In this document: positions 25,900 to 40,084 of the stretch, piece after piece
Position numbering within the stretch: position 1 is the stretch's first letter
Layout: the number at the start of each line of letters is the position of its first letter
NCBI GenBank assembly: GCA_024679065.1
Contig: JAGIQG010000009.1
Span: 65,224,001 to 65,288,000, forward strand
Origin: Sphyrna mokarran
Taxonomy: Eukaryota
DNA length: 64,000 bases
Direction: 5' to 3'
Program-made: the position numbers and the translations under genes
Notes under the pieces: generated by a model
The model's database searches: none
The model's input: only the letters and a program-made list of their open reading frames with translations
Told to the model about the DNA's origin: nothing

Positions 25900-26885
25900 G
25901 TTGCTGCATGGTGATACTGACTGCTTCAACATCTTGAATTTGCAAATGGAACTGAATATGGTGTAATCATCAAATAAACCCACTTCTGGCTTTATGATGG
26001 ACAAATACCATTGGTCAAACAGCTTATAATAGTTGGGCTTTGGACCCTACCTGGAGGAATTCCTACAGCAATGTCCTGAGTCTGAGATAATTGGCTCCAA
26101 AACCTACTATCTTCCTCTGTGCTAGATGGGACTCAAACCAACAGAGAACTGTTGGGCAGTGGGGATTAGAGTTTTGCTGCCACACGGAATAAGAAGATTC
26201 CTTGGAGTCAAAGCCATCACTCTCATCCCACTTCCAGAATTTAACTCTTTTGCCCATCATTTAGACTACAGCTATACTAAGACCTGGTGCCCAGAGCCCG
26301 GCAAACTCCAAATGAGCGTTGATACAGAGGCTGTTGCTGAACAGGCGCCGCTTAACATCACTGTCAACGACATCTTCTGTCACTTTTCTGATAGAGGATA
26401 ATCTGATGGGTAGAAACTGGTCAGGTTAGATTTGCCCTGCCTTCTGTGGACAGAACATATTAGGGCAATTTTCCACATTGCTGGGTAAATGCTAGTATTG
26501 TACTGGAACAGCTTACCAAGGGGTGCAACAGTTGGAATGTTGTCAGGATTCTCTGCCTATGCTATATCCAATGAATTCTGACATTTCTTGATATCACAAG
26601 GAGTAAATCAAATTGGCTGAAGATAGGTATCTACAATAGTGGGGGTCTCAGAATGCAGATACACCATTCAGTCAGCAATTCTGGCTGCAAATGCTTCAGT
26701 CTTATTATTAGCACTGATATGTTGGGCTCCTCCAACGTGGAGAATTGGGATACTTATGGAGCATTCTCCTTCAGTTGGTTGTTTAATTGGCCACCATTGT
26801 TCACAACTGGATGTGGGGGAACTATAGAGCTATGATTTGTTTGGTTCATTGATTGCTTTACCTCATCTTATATGACTTCCGCTGT
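25900..26885 (-). mobile_element. Old non-LTR retrotransposon fragment
   Basis: Colinear similarity to 63170-63500 (e.g. 'ggctgcaaatgct', 'tttcttgat'). Confidence 0.65.
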
Positions 26886-27751
26886 GTAGCATTCATATAG
26901 CCCTATAGCATATAGCAGACCATCAGGCTCTTCAAGATAACGCATCTATCATATCACTAATATAACTTGATTGTATGTATACAACTGATTCATGCAGACC
27001 CTGCTTGCAATAAGATGACTCTGACTATGTCAGAGTTACTCAACTAGAATACATGGAGGAAATTATCATGCAAGATGAACTAAGGAAGCAATGAATACAC
27101 AGAACACATACTTTAATGCCTATTTTCAAAAAATAAACTATAATTATACTTTACCACATTAAATAATTTTTTAAGATACAGGTTTGTTCCCATAAAGATT
27201 TTTTAAAGCAAATCCATCCCAAAAGTTCATCTTCTGATATTCGCATTTGCAAAAATATCTCAATGAATTTATCATTTTCTATTCTATGTAGGATAAGGAC
27301 ACATTGCTACGGTCAATATTCATTGTCCTGTGCACATTAAAAATGAGTTGTGTAGCATGGAATTGGAAATACAAGCAAAACTTTCTTAAAGACTTTAGTA
27401 AGCCAGAAAACCTGGCTGCTTTCACAATCATTTTATCTAGTGCTGACCCATAAATTACCACATTTATTGAATTCAATTTGTTTCTTTTGGTGGGATTTGA
27501 ACAGTATTGTAACTTGTAACCTACTGATTTTTTTTCATTTCAATGGTCTTTCCTGATAAATTATTCTCCAACTCTGATTATAAAAGCCCCAAGTTCTTGA
27601 TCTAGTGTTAACATCCAATGTTTATACCCCATGCCAGGCAGAACTTGAACGCTTTGTCTTATCGGACAATTTATAGAGATATTCATAGATATTAAAACAA
27701 TATGTTTGGAGTTACTTTTTCAATTCCCTTCATAGTCCTGAAGATTTCAGT

Positions 27752-27989
27752 TAAAGTAAAAAGTTTATTTATTACTCACAAGTAAGACTTACATTAACAC
27801 AGGAATGAAGTTACTGTGAAATTCCCTTAGTCGCCACACTCTAGCAGCTTTTCGGGTCAATGCACTAACCAGGGAAACCCATGCTGGCAAAGAAAGAAGG
27901 TACAAACTCCACACAGACACAGTGACCCCAGCTGGGAATCAAACCTGGGTCGCTGGCACTGAGAGACAGCAGTGCTAACCACTGTGCCA
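27752..27989 (-). mobile_element. V-SINE/HE1-like SINE with internal deletion
   Basis: Reverse complement of the head 'tggcacagtggttagcactgctg' and tail 'gttaatgtaagtcttacttgtgagtaataaataaac'. Confidence 0.85.
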
Positions 27990-29212
27990 ATTAAATCATG
28001 CAGAAGTTTGACATTTTCAAAAAAACAAAATCTAACTATTTAATCATTCCTCAAATTTCTTGTACTGTATTTGTTTTCCTTTAATTTTCACTTTCATACC
28101 CACTTGAGAGAAATAACATCTTTGCAGCAATTCAGTGACCTAAATGTACTCATTACTCCAAAGTGGAACCTATTGTTATGCACAGCAACAATATAATCTT
28201 ATATGAGATACTGTCCTATTTGTCTTTCTTACCAGAGTCATATACTGGACTGTTTGTCTGATTATTAAATTAAAATTAAATAACACACAGATTTCTCTCT
28301 CTGATCAGTAGACTCTAGGACTATGCTCCCTTCTCTCTTTCCCCACCCCAAATCAAATAATCTTATATTCGATTAACTACATTGTCAGCTATTAGCCTAA
28401 TTAGCCAAGAAGTCCTGCCAAAAATATTTGTGGTCCCCGAATTGCTCTACCTCCCTTTGAAACTCATATGCAGATCTGGAGAGTTTGTCTATAATATCTT
28501 CAAGATCATTAGTATACATTAAAAGTAGCAATAACCCAAAATCAATTTTTGAGTACTCTACTCATAATTTATTAGTAGGAAAAATGTTCCACAAAGAGCT
28601 ATCCTGCTTCTTAACTTTAAATGAATTATTGACGATCCTTTACTGCACTTATTTATTCTCCAAGTGAATCTTGCTAAAAGCTTTTTTTGAAAAATCTACA
28701 TATAAAGTCAAGTGCAGTCTAGAAAGTTAAACAATTCCTTGAATTACTGCCCTTAAGATTGCTCACTTAAAATTGTTCTGAAGACTCTTTCTAAAACTGG
28801 TGCTATCCTTACTAGCTGACAATCAGATATGTCATTTGGCCCATTTATATTAATTGAGACTCATCAGTTCTGTATTTGGAGAATGTCAACCAAAATTGCC
28901 ACTTACATAATTCAAGAAAAATATCTACACCATCATTTTACTGGCTTCTGCTAACAATACTAGATTCCTTTCCTCCATGAGTATCTGGTTGCAATATGAA
29001 CAAAGAAACTCTGTTGATCAAAGGCCATGTCAAAGGAAGCTCCTCTACTTTCACTCATGCTTCCAGCAATATAATCACGATGTGACTGACAGAAGATTTC
29101 TCGGTTCACAAACTGTAGTCAGCTAAATGAAAAATCTTTCTGCAGTTTTAAAAGAAAGAAGAAACAATATAGTTGTAAATCAGTCCCCAAACTTGAAAGA
29201 CTGGACAACTTC

Positions 29213-29535
29213 TATGTAGAACATAGAACACTGCAGCACAGAACAGGCCCTTCGGCCTTCGATGTTGCGCCGACCAATATAAAAAGCAATGCCCCTCCAA
29301 ATTAAACCATTCCCTTCTCTTCCATATACTTATCAACTAACCTCTTAAACGCCACCAAACTTGGCGCATCTACAACTGCTGCAGGCAGGGCATTCCACTC
29401 CCGAACCACCCTTTGGGTAAAGAACCTACCTCTGATATCCGTCCTATAACTATCACCCCTTAATTTAAAGCTGTGTCCCCTCGTGCTAGCTTTCTCCATC
29501 CTAGGAAAAAGGCTATCGCTGTCCAATCTATATAA
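29213..29535 (-). mobile_element. Young CR1 3' fragment, same subfamily as 5683-6758
   Basis: Encodes DSDSLFPRMEKASTRGHSFKLRG...EKGMV, almost identical to 6450-6675. Confidence 0.95.
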
Positions 29536-31232
29536 TGATTTTAGAACATAATCGACAGATGAAACAGATTTGGTTAGTGACAAGTTCAAGTTGTGTCCCT
29601 GTTGTCTACACAAGTCAACTGACAATCACACATGAAATGCGATGGTTTAATATCAGACAAAACAATATTAATAGCTCTAACACTGTCACAACTCAACAGC
29701 ATGATCGGCTGTCTAGAGAAAGTCACTTCAGTAAAAACATTTTCGCTTCAGTGAAAATCACAAATTATAAGTCAGAAGCAGCAAGTCTTGGGAAAGTATT
29801 GTAGTCTTTACTTTCATGAGAAATTGACTTTAAAAGTCAATTCAAAAGATAGTTAATAACTGCTTTTCTATATCATAGCTTCAGGGACAAATATTAAAAA
29901 GTACACTACTATCATTTGGGACAGATACAACACTGTACCTTTGAGATACTATCAGATGATTTACTGGGTAAAACATTAATGATTACAATGGTTCTGTCTT
30001 CATTCCATAAATGTTTATATTAATCAATAAAAATATTAAAATTTAGACCTACCCTTCAACTCTATCTTATTACTATGAAATACATCTTTCTAATGTCTGT
30101 GTATCTATCAGTATTGATTTTATTCAGTTTAAACATTTTGACTTTAATCAGCACAAAAGGGCAGCATGAAGCAATTAACTCACACCATTTATTATGCCAC
30201 TCAATGTTTTCTTAATAAATTTTTCCCTCACCAACAACAGTTGGAAGGCAATTTTCATTGTTCTGGCCTTGTTAAGATCAATACAGTATCATACATTTCT
30301 TACATTTAAAAACTTTTTTGCGTTATTGCCACTAAAGATTGAAAAATGTAGTGTGCTACTGGAGCTCCAAGTCTCAAAGGGTCCAAGTGATAAAACTTAA
30401 TACTGTAATGCTATTTGTCGAATTTATCAATGTTTATTTCACTGTATCCCTTCTCTCCCTTCCATGGACCCCTTTTCCTCACGTAAATAATCTAAAGACA
30501 TAGATGCTGGTGCAAGCAACTGCAACCTAACTCAGTTAACCCAGAATAATAGTAAAAGGCATAGAAATGGAAAGCATTTATCTAATTAAACATGCAAAAT
30601 AAAATATTTTTTAAAAATGATCTGCACAGAATTACAGTAGCATTTCCCTCAAAGAAATACCAAGTTTTAATACAGAAAGCAGCCTAAAAAAAGGAATCGA
30701 CTTCCTCAAGGACCATATTTCAATTGCTTCAAATATGAGTAAAAATGTCAATATAGTATTTTCACTGTAATGATTTATTTTATGAAATAGAATTTGTAAT
30801 AGAAAAGGAGTATTGGTCATGATCAAAATTAAACAACCAGATGGATAGAAAAACCTATCTGGTTCCCTAATATCCTTACTCAGACTAATCTGTGACTCCA
30901 GGCCCAAAACAATGTGGTGATCTCATAACTGTCTTCTGGAATTGCCTAGAAAGCCACTTAGTTCAGGACAATTAGGAATTGGCAATGAATGCAGGACCAG
31001 CCAGTAACAACCACATATAATCAATAACTAAAAAAACTCCAACCTCTCAAGAACAACTTGGGATTTGGAATGGGCAACAAAGTGCTGGTTTTGCCAACGA
31101 CACAAATATCCAATGAATTAAGTGATTTAAAACAAAAGCAATTTGTTATTTCTTTTCTCCAAGTCTGTTCCATCTGAACATAAACACATATACATGTTTG
31201 TATTTTAATTCTTAAACATCTGCTCAATTTCA

Positions 31233-31346
<114 letters not shown>

Positions 31347-31609
31347 TTATATACATCCACAATATAGCAGTACATTTTTCAAATGTATAAAGAAGTTAAC
31401 TGAAAAAACATAGTGCATTTTATAATGTTGCAGCCATTCAATAGAAACATGCTGCAAAAAAGTTCCAAATTTTATTAATAATAATTAAACATTTGTAAAG
31501 TAGAGTTGATCTTATTTTTATTGTGGGGCCACCAGAAATAACTTCAGACCCTAAAACAGATGTTCAATTTCTTAAAACCTCCTTCCATAAACTCCTTTTG
31601 TTTCCTATC

Positions 31610-33392
31610 TTAATGTCCCCTTATTGCTCAGTATCAAAATTAAATTATCCCAATGCAGCGGCTTGAGTTGTATTACTATGTTAAAGATACTATGCGAATA
31701 TAATTGTTGATGTAAGGATAAAGAAAAACTGTGAAAAGCCAAATTACATAAGGTTAAATACGCTTTTCTTCACTACTTTTTAGTATTTGGTCACTGTAGT
31801 CTAAAGTTGCAATACAAATTTTTTTATACAAAGGTTTTTAGGTTGGATGGAAAGGCCATCATCTATTCACATTATTAAGAGCTCATAACATTTCCAAGTC
31901 CATTCATAGTAAGCACATTCTCCTTGATTCCAATTCACACAATGTGAAATACAACAGCCCAGATTTGACAATCAATGATGAAGGGCCAGTGCTCGCTATT
32001 CTCTACACTGATAGTTCAAAAGATCATTAGAACATCTGAGCAGCTGAGATTCGCTCTGATTGTAGCCACTGCACAGGGAATATGTGACATGAGCAGAAAT
32101 TTCAACCAGATCAGAGGATCCTCATAGACACAAAATTTAAACCTGAAACTGAAAGTAGAAGTTAGATTTAGACTCTGTACACTGGCAAAATCAAGATTGG
32201 GAAAGATGGGATCAAGATCAGTGAGATGGAAAGGAAAAGCTAAAAATTGAAAATCTCCAACAAGAGTTGAATTCTAAAAGAATGAGACTGCATCCTTAAA
32301 AACAATCATTTTTATTGAGCAGCAATGATCATTTACTACACCATTAATTTTCACTTGCACCTGAATGTCCAACATTTCCTGACTTGTTCAGTGAGTAATT
32401 ATTGGCAAGTACGTTCACATTGAGCCTACTAGTGAGGTACAGTTATAGTGCCACCTGTGGAGGAGCAGGGAAAGTCAGATCAGAACTTCCATATTTCCAA
32501 GTTTAACTGCACATACTTCAAAAATTGCTACTCAAGTTACTCTATACTCACTAAATACTGACAACCTTACCTTCTTATTAACATTAATCCAAATCAATAT
32601 GTACACAGACATAAGTAGAATGATTTGATCATCTGCTGACACTATAAGGCCTCAGATATTCTAGCACAGCTTTGGAAATGCTCAATTACGAGTATGAATT
32701 TAGCAACATGATTCAATGAAAAAGACCTTGCATTTCAAAAACACTTGCATGATTTTGGACTTTCCAAAGCATGCACAAACCAAAGCGGGCAACTCTTCAA
32801 AAGTAAAATGTACTCAAGGTTGTAAAAAATTGTTGCAGCCAATGTATGTAGTGAGGTTACACAAACAGCAACAATATAAATTTGATAGCATTTTGATAAT
32901 GCTATCAAAATGCAAGTTGAAAGATAAATGTTAGCAGACACCTGGAGAACCCACTTCCTTCCCATTCATCTTCAAATAATACTATGGAAACTTTTAACGT
33001 CTTATTCAATATTTCAATTGAAAGACTTTCACTGTAGCATATTGTATGGATTGCATTAAGTGTCTAGGATAGTTTAGCTCATAGTGCTAGTTAACTAGCA
33101 CTGAGGCACAGTTTACATCTAATTCAATGCATTGATAATTTAACAGAAAGAAATAAAAAGGTACAATATAATTATAAACTCACACTATTTATTGTAACCT
33201 TAGACTACAGTGACCAAATACTAAAAAGTAGTGAAGAAAAGCATTTTTAACCTTAATGTAATTTGGCTTTTCACTGCTTTTCTTCATCATTACATCAACA
33301 ATTGTATTTGCATAGTGCTTTAACATAGCAACACAAACAAGCTACTGCATAAGGATAATTTAATTTTGACACTACGCATACAATGGGACATT
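31610..33392. repeat. Inverted repeat with ~200-bp arms (31610-31815 and 33187-33392) and a ~1.37-kb spacer
   Basis: Perfect 43-bp core (31762-31804 vs 33200-33242); the outer parts are more diverged and derive from an L2 tail. Confidence 0.9.
32446..32463 (-). promoter_or_regulatory. Candidate CTCF site
   Basis: Minus strand reads CCTCCACAGGTGGCACTA, close to the CTCF core CCASYAGRKGGCRS. Motif match only. Confidence 0.4.
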
Positions 33393-34020
33393 TCGACAAT
33401 TGACAAAAAGCTTGCTCAAAGAGGTATGTTTTCAGAAGGGAGGGAATTAATGAATATAGTTCAAGTCAACTGAAGGCATGATTGCCAACAGTGAGACGAC
33501 TAGAAACAGCTAAGGCAACTATAAAAGCTCAAAATTGGAGCATGCAGACATCTAGTAGGGTTGTAGAGTTAAAGGATTACAGGCATCAAGGGCTAGAAGG
33601 GTCTGGCAACAAGGGCAAGAATTTTCTAATCAAGGCATGGCTGGACCAAACAATGTAGACCAGCAAGCACAGCAGTGACAGATGCACAAGAAGAAGATTT
33701 TCGTGAGCTTATGGTTACAAAGCACAGAAAACGTTAGACCAGCCAAGAAAGCAATGGAATAATCTAGTCTAGAAGTAACAAAAGCAAGGTTGAGGGTTTC
33801 AACAGAAGGTAAGCTGAGTGAGGACAAAGACAATCGATGTTACGGAAATGGGTGCAGGCAGTCTTGTGGCGGAAAGGATACAAAAAAATGGAAAGCTGAA
33901 TTCAGAGTCAAACACATTGTAAGAGTTGCAAGCAGAGTCCAGATCAACCTCAGACACTGGTCCAGGAGAATAACAGTGGGTGTTGAGATGATTAAGCATT
34001 ACTCAAAGGAATTATAAGTA
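33290..34020 (-). mobile_element. L2 LINE 3' portion
   Basis: ORF 33630-33833 contains AFVTSRLDYS.AFLAGL; L2 tail at ~33290-33350. Confidence 0.85.
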
Positions 34021-34716
34021 AAGGTCAAAGCTAATTTATGTCATAAAGTAAATATATTCACACATTTTGGAATGGCGTTGCACAAGGTCACAAACCACCG
34101 TGGAGTTAAGAAGTAATGTACTCAAAATAAATGCTTCCATTATCAGAATGAATGGATTACATTTTAAGAGATAAATCATTAATTAACTGCAATTAAAGAA
34201 ACTGTCTCTAAGCAGTCTTGCAGACACCACCACTGGCAGAGGAGGATATATTACTCTGATAAATTAAATAGGTAGTTCGCAGTACAAATGTGGACATTAG
34301 AATTTACAAGAATTTAAAAGCTGGCCAGGTGTGCAAAATACATTAATAATCCAAAAATTGAGTTTATAGTTTCAACAATACTCTGGTGTAACAAAAATAT
34401 AAATGCCAATATATCACAATTATAATACATGCTTGGAGTTACCAGAATATTGACAGAAAAACAATTTTCAAACAACTGCATACAGTATAATTTTGTTGTA
34501 CTAGGTTTTGCAAAGAATGTTAGAGAAAAACTTTATGCACTCATTATTTCAATAGTAGCATATAATAATGCCATTTTATATATTAAATTGGAGCTAAATG
34601 CCATAATCAGAATTACTAAAATTTTACATACTTCCCATTAGTTACTACCAGTATTAATTTTGTTTTCAAGATTTTGCCATACATTTTAGACAGCACCATA
34701 GTAAATAGATTCAGAA

Positions 34717-34960
34717 GAGGCAGTGGTGTAGTGGCACTGTCGTTGCATCCATTACCTTGGGTTCAGAGTCCCAAGTTGATGATGTGCAAACTTGTGGTCG
34801 AATCCCACCATGACAGATGGTGGAGTTTGAATTCAATAAAAACCTGAAATTAAAAGTCTAACAATGACAATAATCAATTGTTGTAAAAATCCATCTGGAT
34901 CACTAATATCTCTTAGGGAAGGGAATCTGTTGGATCTATCTAGTCTGGCTTCCATATGGA
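34717..34960 (+). mobile_element. tRNA-derived SINE of a second family (related pieces at ~30840-31130, ~44980-45135 and ~62640-62740)
   Basis: Head 'gaggcagtggtgtagtgg...tcgaatcccaccatg', body 'ccatctggatcactaat...tagggaagggaatctg'. Confidence 0.7.
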
Positions 34961-36974
34961 TTCAAGTTGGTTACACTTTTTCTGTTCACAAGTATTCTAT
35001 GTCCATAAGGTCATAGAATCATGGAATTACACAACACAAAGCCATTTCACCCATCAAATCTGTGCTGATTCTTTCAAAAGAACAATTAGTTTCACACCCC
35101 CGTTCTTTGCATTTTTCTTCTACTAATTAAATTCCCTTTCAAAAGCTGCTATCGTGTTTGTATCCTACACCCTTTCTGACTAGACATTCAGACTCTAATC
35201 TCAAAATGCATTTGGTTTTTATGACAATCACCTTAAATCTTGCTCTCTGGTTATCGATCCTTCAGCCATTTTTACTCTTTAAAAGACCTCTGTTGGATCT
35301 TCTCTGCTCAGAGAAAAACAATCAAGCTTCTCCAGATTATAAATATATTCCTCATCCCTGAACCTTTTTAGTAAATATATTCTGTACTTTCTCCAAAGCC
35401 TTCACGTGCTTCCTGAGCATTTTAAGCTGAGACTGTTCTAAACATCATGCTGATGAAGAAGTCTCAAGCTAAAATGCTGGGCATGATCCTCCGGTCTCAT
35501 CCATGATGGGATCCGTTTTGAGTTAGAGTAAAATTTGACATTCCAGCCAAAAACGCCATCACACTCAGTGGCACTGTAAACTCTCCGCCATGACTGAGGA
35601 TGGAAGAATTTGGCTGTTAACTCTGATTTCCTCTCTATAGATGCTACCAAAAATCTGTTGTACATTTAAACCACTTTTCGCTTTTTTTGTATATTTTGAG
35701 AATTATTTTGTTTCTGAACTTTATAAGTTTTATATTATTTTATCATAATTTTCTGGCTGCTGTACTTTGCCTTTCCATAAGCTTCATTAACTTGCTTTGT
35801 CACTTTGAAAAATTGGTGCACATATACCCAAAGTCGTTCTGTTCTTCCCCCTACTTTAAAATTAAGACTACTTACTATGTGCAGCCTCTCCATATTTTTA
35901 CTACCATTTCAAATATGTTCAAATGATCTCTTTGCTTGTAAGCTTTGCAAATAATTTTCAGCATGGTCTTTCTAATCAATTTGTTTGCATATGAGATGCT
36001 AATTTCTACATTATTCTGTAACTGCCTTACTAGACCAGTTGGATTTATCTTCATTTCTTACTTCACAATGTTGCACAGTCGATGCAAACTTCTTTATGTC
36101 CCTTATAATACCTTGTACAAGTGTCAAATAGCACATGCTATCCTAAATGCCACTGCAATCAAATATCTAAATGAAAAGGGTATACTGTATTCAATTTCTT
36201 AAATAAAAAGAATCAGTTTTTTTTTTAGCAAATAGAGTATATAACTACTCTACATTGGGGAAAAATGACTAGTCCGCCCAAATTTTGAAAATCTGTTTGA
36301 AAATATTAATGCAAGATTTCTTCCACAGCAAATGTTGAATATTCTAATTTACATTATACAGTTTGCAGCAACACCTAAAAGCCAACAAAAGTTTTATTTA
36401 GACAAAATAAAGACATGACATCATAAAATTTAAGTGATTTTTTTTCTCATTCACTACACAACACTAAGACAAATTTTTTTTTTTACAAAACTGACATGAC
36501 TGGCTGCACCTAATCACAAACCTGTTTTTGATGGACTCATTAATATATATTAAGTACGTGATCTATGAGGAAAAAAGACCGAATTTCCTTTGTCAACATT
36601 TGCATCAAGTTATGTAACTGATCTTGAATTAGACACATCAAGTGTAACTAAAAGATTACTGCAGTTTTAAGACAATGGGAGCCAAATACATTATTTGTCT
36701 GTACTGTAAACAGGCAATTGAATACCATAACATTTGAGTTTCAAATTTATATTTAAGAAATTATTTTATTTTGGTTTTAGCTTCTCAACTAAGTTTCCAT
36801 ACAGCTACATGGCATTTCTTTGACCATTACCTGATGCATTCCTAATCAACTCAACTGAGTAGAGGGGTAAAGTATTTCTATGCTGAAAAGAAAAAAATCT
36901 TAAAGTTCATTAAACATTTTACTGGGGGATCTAGAATGAAATGTGGCATACATGTAAGAACAATGCATATTCAC

Positions 36975-37053
36975 CTTCTTTCTTTGCAAATCTTTCCTGA
37001 TCGTATCTGTTGTATGCTGCTGGTATAGGCTGTTTATTTCGCAGTGCTGGATC
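36975..37053 (-). CDS. CDC73: Parafibromin coding exon (equivalent to human exon 9, 79 bp)
   Basis: ttgcag|GATCCAGCACTG...AAAGAAG|gtgaat encodes [26 protein letters not shown](E). The phase-1 end joins the 65-bp exon in frame. Confidence 0.97.
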
Positions 37054-37904
37054 CTGCAATACACAAAATTGGACACTGAAGCAAGAATTATAAAATTATT
37101 CTTTTTCAAATATAAAATGCACAGGAAAAAAAATCAAAGTGGAAGACATTTAATCGCCAGCTTTTGGAGATGAGCAAAGACCTGCTAAACAAATGTACAG
37201 CTGTAAAGACTATTATTTGGGTATTAATTATGAATTCTATTTTTAAAACTTAACAGCTATCTAACATGACAAACTATAGTTTATAAGAGATATGAAGGAA
37301 TTAGCTGATCTTTATGGCTGCACAAATCATTACCAGAATAGTTAGCATGTTTGCCATGTCAAATGAATCTTTGAATTAATTTACTTCCTATGCTTATTCT
37401 ACAAAACTATAGCACTGCATTTATCTTTTATCTTCCATCAAACTGGATTACAGTGTTTCAAATAGGAAATTACCAACAAGAGTCTCTCAGTACTATCACA
37501 GTTGAGGTGCAGATTACATATGCACAACCAACAAAACACAGTACCAATACAGTGAAGTCATGGAATCATACAGCATGCAAGAGAATCTTTTTAACACTAG
37601 TGATACTGTTGACTCAATGTCCAAATATTCCAGCAGTTTTTCCATTACACTTTAAATTAGACTTCTTCAAATTACCTTTCGAAAATTTGACCACTCTTTC
37701 AGCTAGTATATTACTGACCTTAACGTGTGGGAAGAAGTTTCTCATTTCCAACCTAGTTCCTCTGACAATCACTTGAATGTCTATGGCCATTCAATGCAAA
37801 CCCACTTGGAGGAATTAGTTTCTCACTAATTGCTTAATCAAAACCCCTCAATTTTGAACATTCCTTATCAGTCTCCCTTTAATTTTCTCTATTCAAAGAC
37901 TGTA

Positions 37905-39790
37905 AGACCATGAAGACATAGGAACGGAATTAGGCCACTCAGCCTACTCTGCCATTCAATCATGATATTTTTCTTATTTCCATTCTCCTGCCTTTTCCCA
38001 TAACTCCTGATCCCCTGATTAATCAGCGACCTATTTATCTCTGTCTTAAAGACACTCAATGGCCTGGCCTCCACAGCCTTCTGCAGCAAAGACTTCCACA
38101 GATTCACCACACTCTGGAAGAAGAAATTCCTCCTCATCTCTGTTTTAAAGGATTGTCCTTTCACCTGAAGTTATGCCCTCTGGTTCTAGTTTTTCCTACT
38201 AGTGGAAATATCCTCTCCACATCCACCCTATCCAGGTTTCACACTATCCTGCAAGTTTCAATAAGATCCCCCTCATCCTTCTAAACTCCAACCAGTACAG
38301 GCCCAGAGTCGACAACCGTTCCTCATACGACATTCCAGGGATCATTCCTGTGAACTTCCTCTGGACCCTTTCCAAAACCAGCACATCCTTCCTTAGATAT
38401 GGAGTCCAAAACTGCCCACGATACTCTAAATGAGGTCTGACCAGAGCCTTATACGGCCTCAGAAATACATCCCTCTTGACATGAATGCTAACATTGCATT
38501 TGCCTTCCTAACCGCTGAATGAATCTGAATGTTATCTTAAGGGAATCTTGAACAAGGACTCCCAAAGTCCCTTTGTGTTTGATTTCCTAAGCATTTCCCC
38601 ATTTAGAAAATAGTCTATGCCTCCATTTCTTCTTCCAAAGTACATAATCTCACATTTTTCCACATTGTATTCCATCTGCCAGTCTTTGCCTGCTCTCCTA
38701 ACCTGTCCAAGTCCATCTGTCACCCTCTGCGTCCTCAATACTACCTGTTCCTCAACATAGCTTTGTATCATTTGCAAACTTAGCAACAGTGCCTTCAGTT
38801 CTTTCCTTCAAATCATTTATAGTGAAAAGTTGCGGTCCCAGCATTGACACCCGAGGCACACCACTAGTCACTGGCTGCCATCCTCCAAAAGACATCTTTA
38901 CCCCTCTTCTGCCAGTCAGCCAATCCTCTATCCATGCCAGGATCTTATCCTTAACACTGCGGGCAGTTAACTTATTTTATAATCTCCTATGCACACCTTG
39001 TCAAAGGCCTTCTGGAAATCTAAACAAAATCACGTCCACTGGTTCTCCTTGATTTAACTTCTGTTACCTTTTCAAAGAATTCTAACAGATTTGTCAGACA
39101 TGCTGCTCCCTTGACAAAGCCATGCTGGCACAGTCCTACTTTATCATGCACCTCCACCTATTCTGTGATCTCATCTTCAATAACAGACTCTTGCCAATGA
39201 CTGAAGTCAGGCTAAGCAGCAGATAATTTCCTGTCTGCTGCCTCCCCCCTCCCTTCTTAAACAGCTGTGTTACATTAGTTACTTTCCAGTCCTCTGGTAC
39301 CCTCCTTGCCTTCTGTGATCCCTGAAAGATCACCACCAATGCATCCACAATTTCCTCAGCTTCTCTTTTAGAACCCTGGAGTGTATTCTATCTGATCCTT
39401 GTGATTTATCCACCTTCAGACCTTTCAGTTTCCCCAGAATCTTCTCCTCAGTATTGGCCACTACACTCACCTGCGCCCCGTGACTCTCCTGGAGCTCTGG
39501 CAGCCCACTGGTGTCTTTCACCACGAAGACTGATGCAAAGTAACTATTCAGTTTCTCTGCCATTGCTTTGTTTCCTATTACTTCTCCAGCCTCATTTTCC
39601 AGTGGTCTAATGACTATTTTTGTCTCTCTTATCTTTTATATTTTGAAACAAACTGTTCCTATCTTCTTACTAGCTAGCTTACACTCATATTTCATCTTCT
39701 CCCTTATTGCTTTTTTAGTTGTCCTCTGCTTGTTTTTAAAGACATCCAAATCCTCTGGCTTCCCACTAATCCTTGCCAGTTTCTACAGTC
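37905..39790 (-). mobile_element. Degenerate CR1 LINE (~1.9 kb); older CR1 3' scrap at ~37550-37890
   Basis: Minus-strand ORFs read VPEDWKVTNV..LFKKG, WQMEYNVEKCE and FFQSVVNLW; CR1 tail near 37910. Confidence 0.92.
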
Positions 39791-40084
39791 CCTCCAAATA
39801 GCAAGTACCTCATTCTAGGTAGCAAGCTGGTATAGCTCTGCTCTACCTTTTTTCAAGTCTTCACACTTTTGCCAACGTGGTGAACTGAACTACTTGAAGC
39901 ACAGAGTCTGACACTGATGCATTTCGAATAATTCATTTGAAGAATTCAAATAAGTATGGAATGAACACCCCAGATATAAACTTTAATGCCTTAAATGCAA
40001 TTCAGATGGCCAGTTTGTACAATTACTGGAGGCGCTCAACAGATTAGATAGATCTGTGAACGAAACAATTTCTATCATGATGTA

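Noticed and set aside
29822-29842. 21-bp AT-rich palindrome aattgacttt-a-aaagtcaatt; similar short hairpin at 23430-23492
   Set aside because: Short and AT-rich with no supporting context; compatible with chance or MITE debris.
37390-37776. 128-aa plus-strand ORF
   Set aside because: Overlaps the antisense of a decayed CR1 3' end and has no protein-like motifs.
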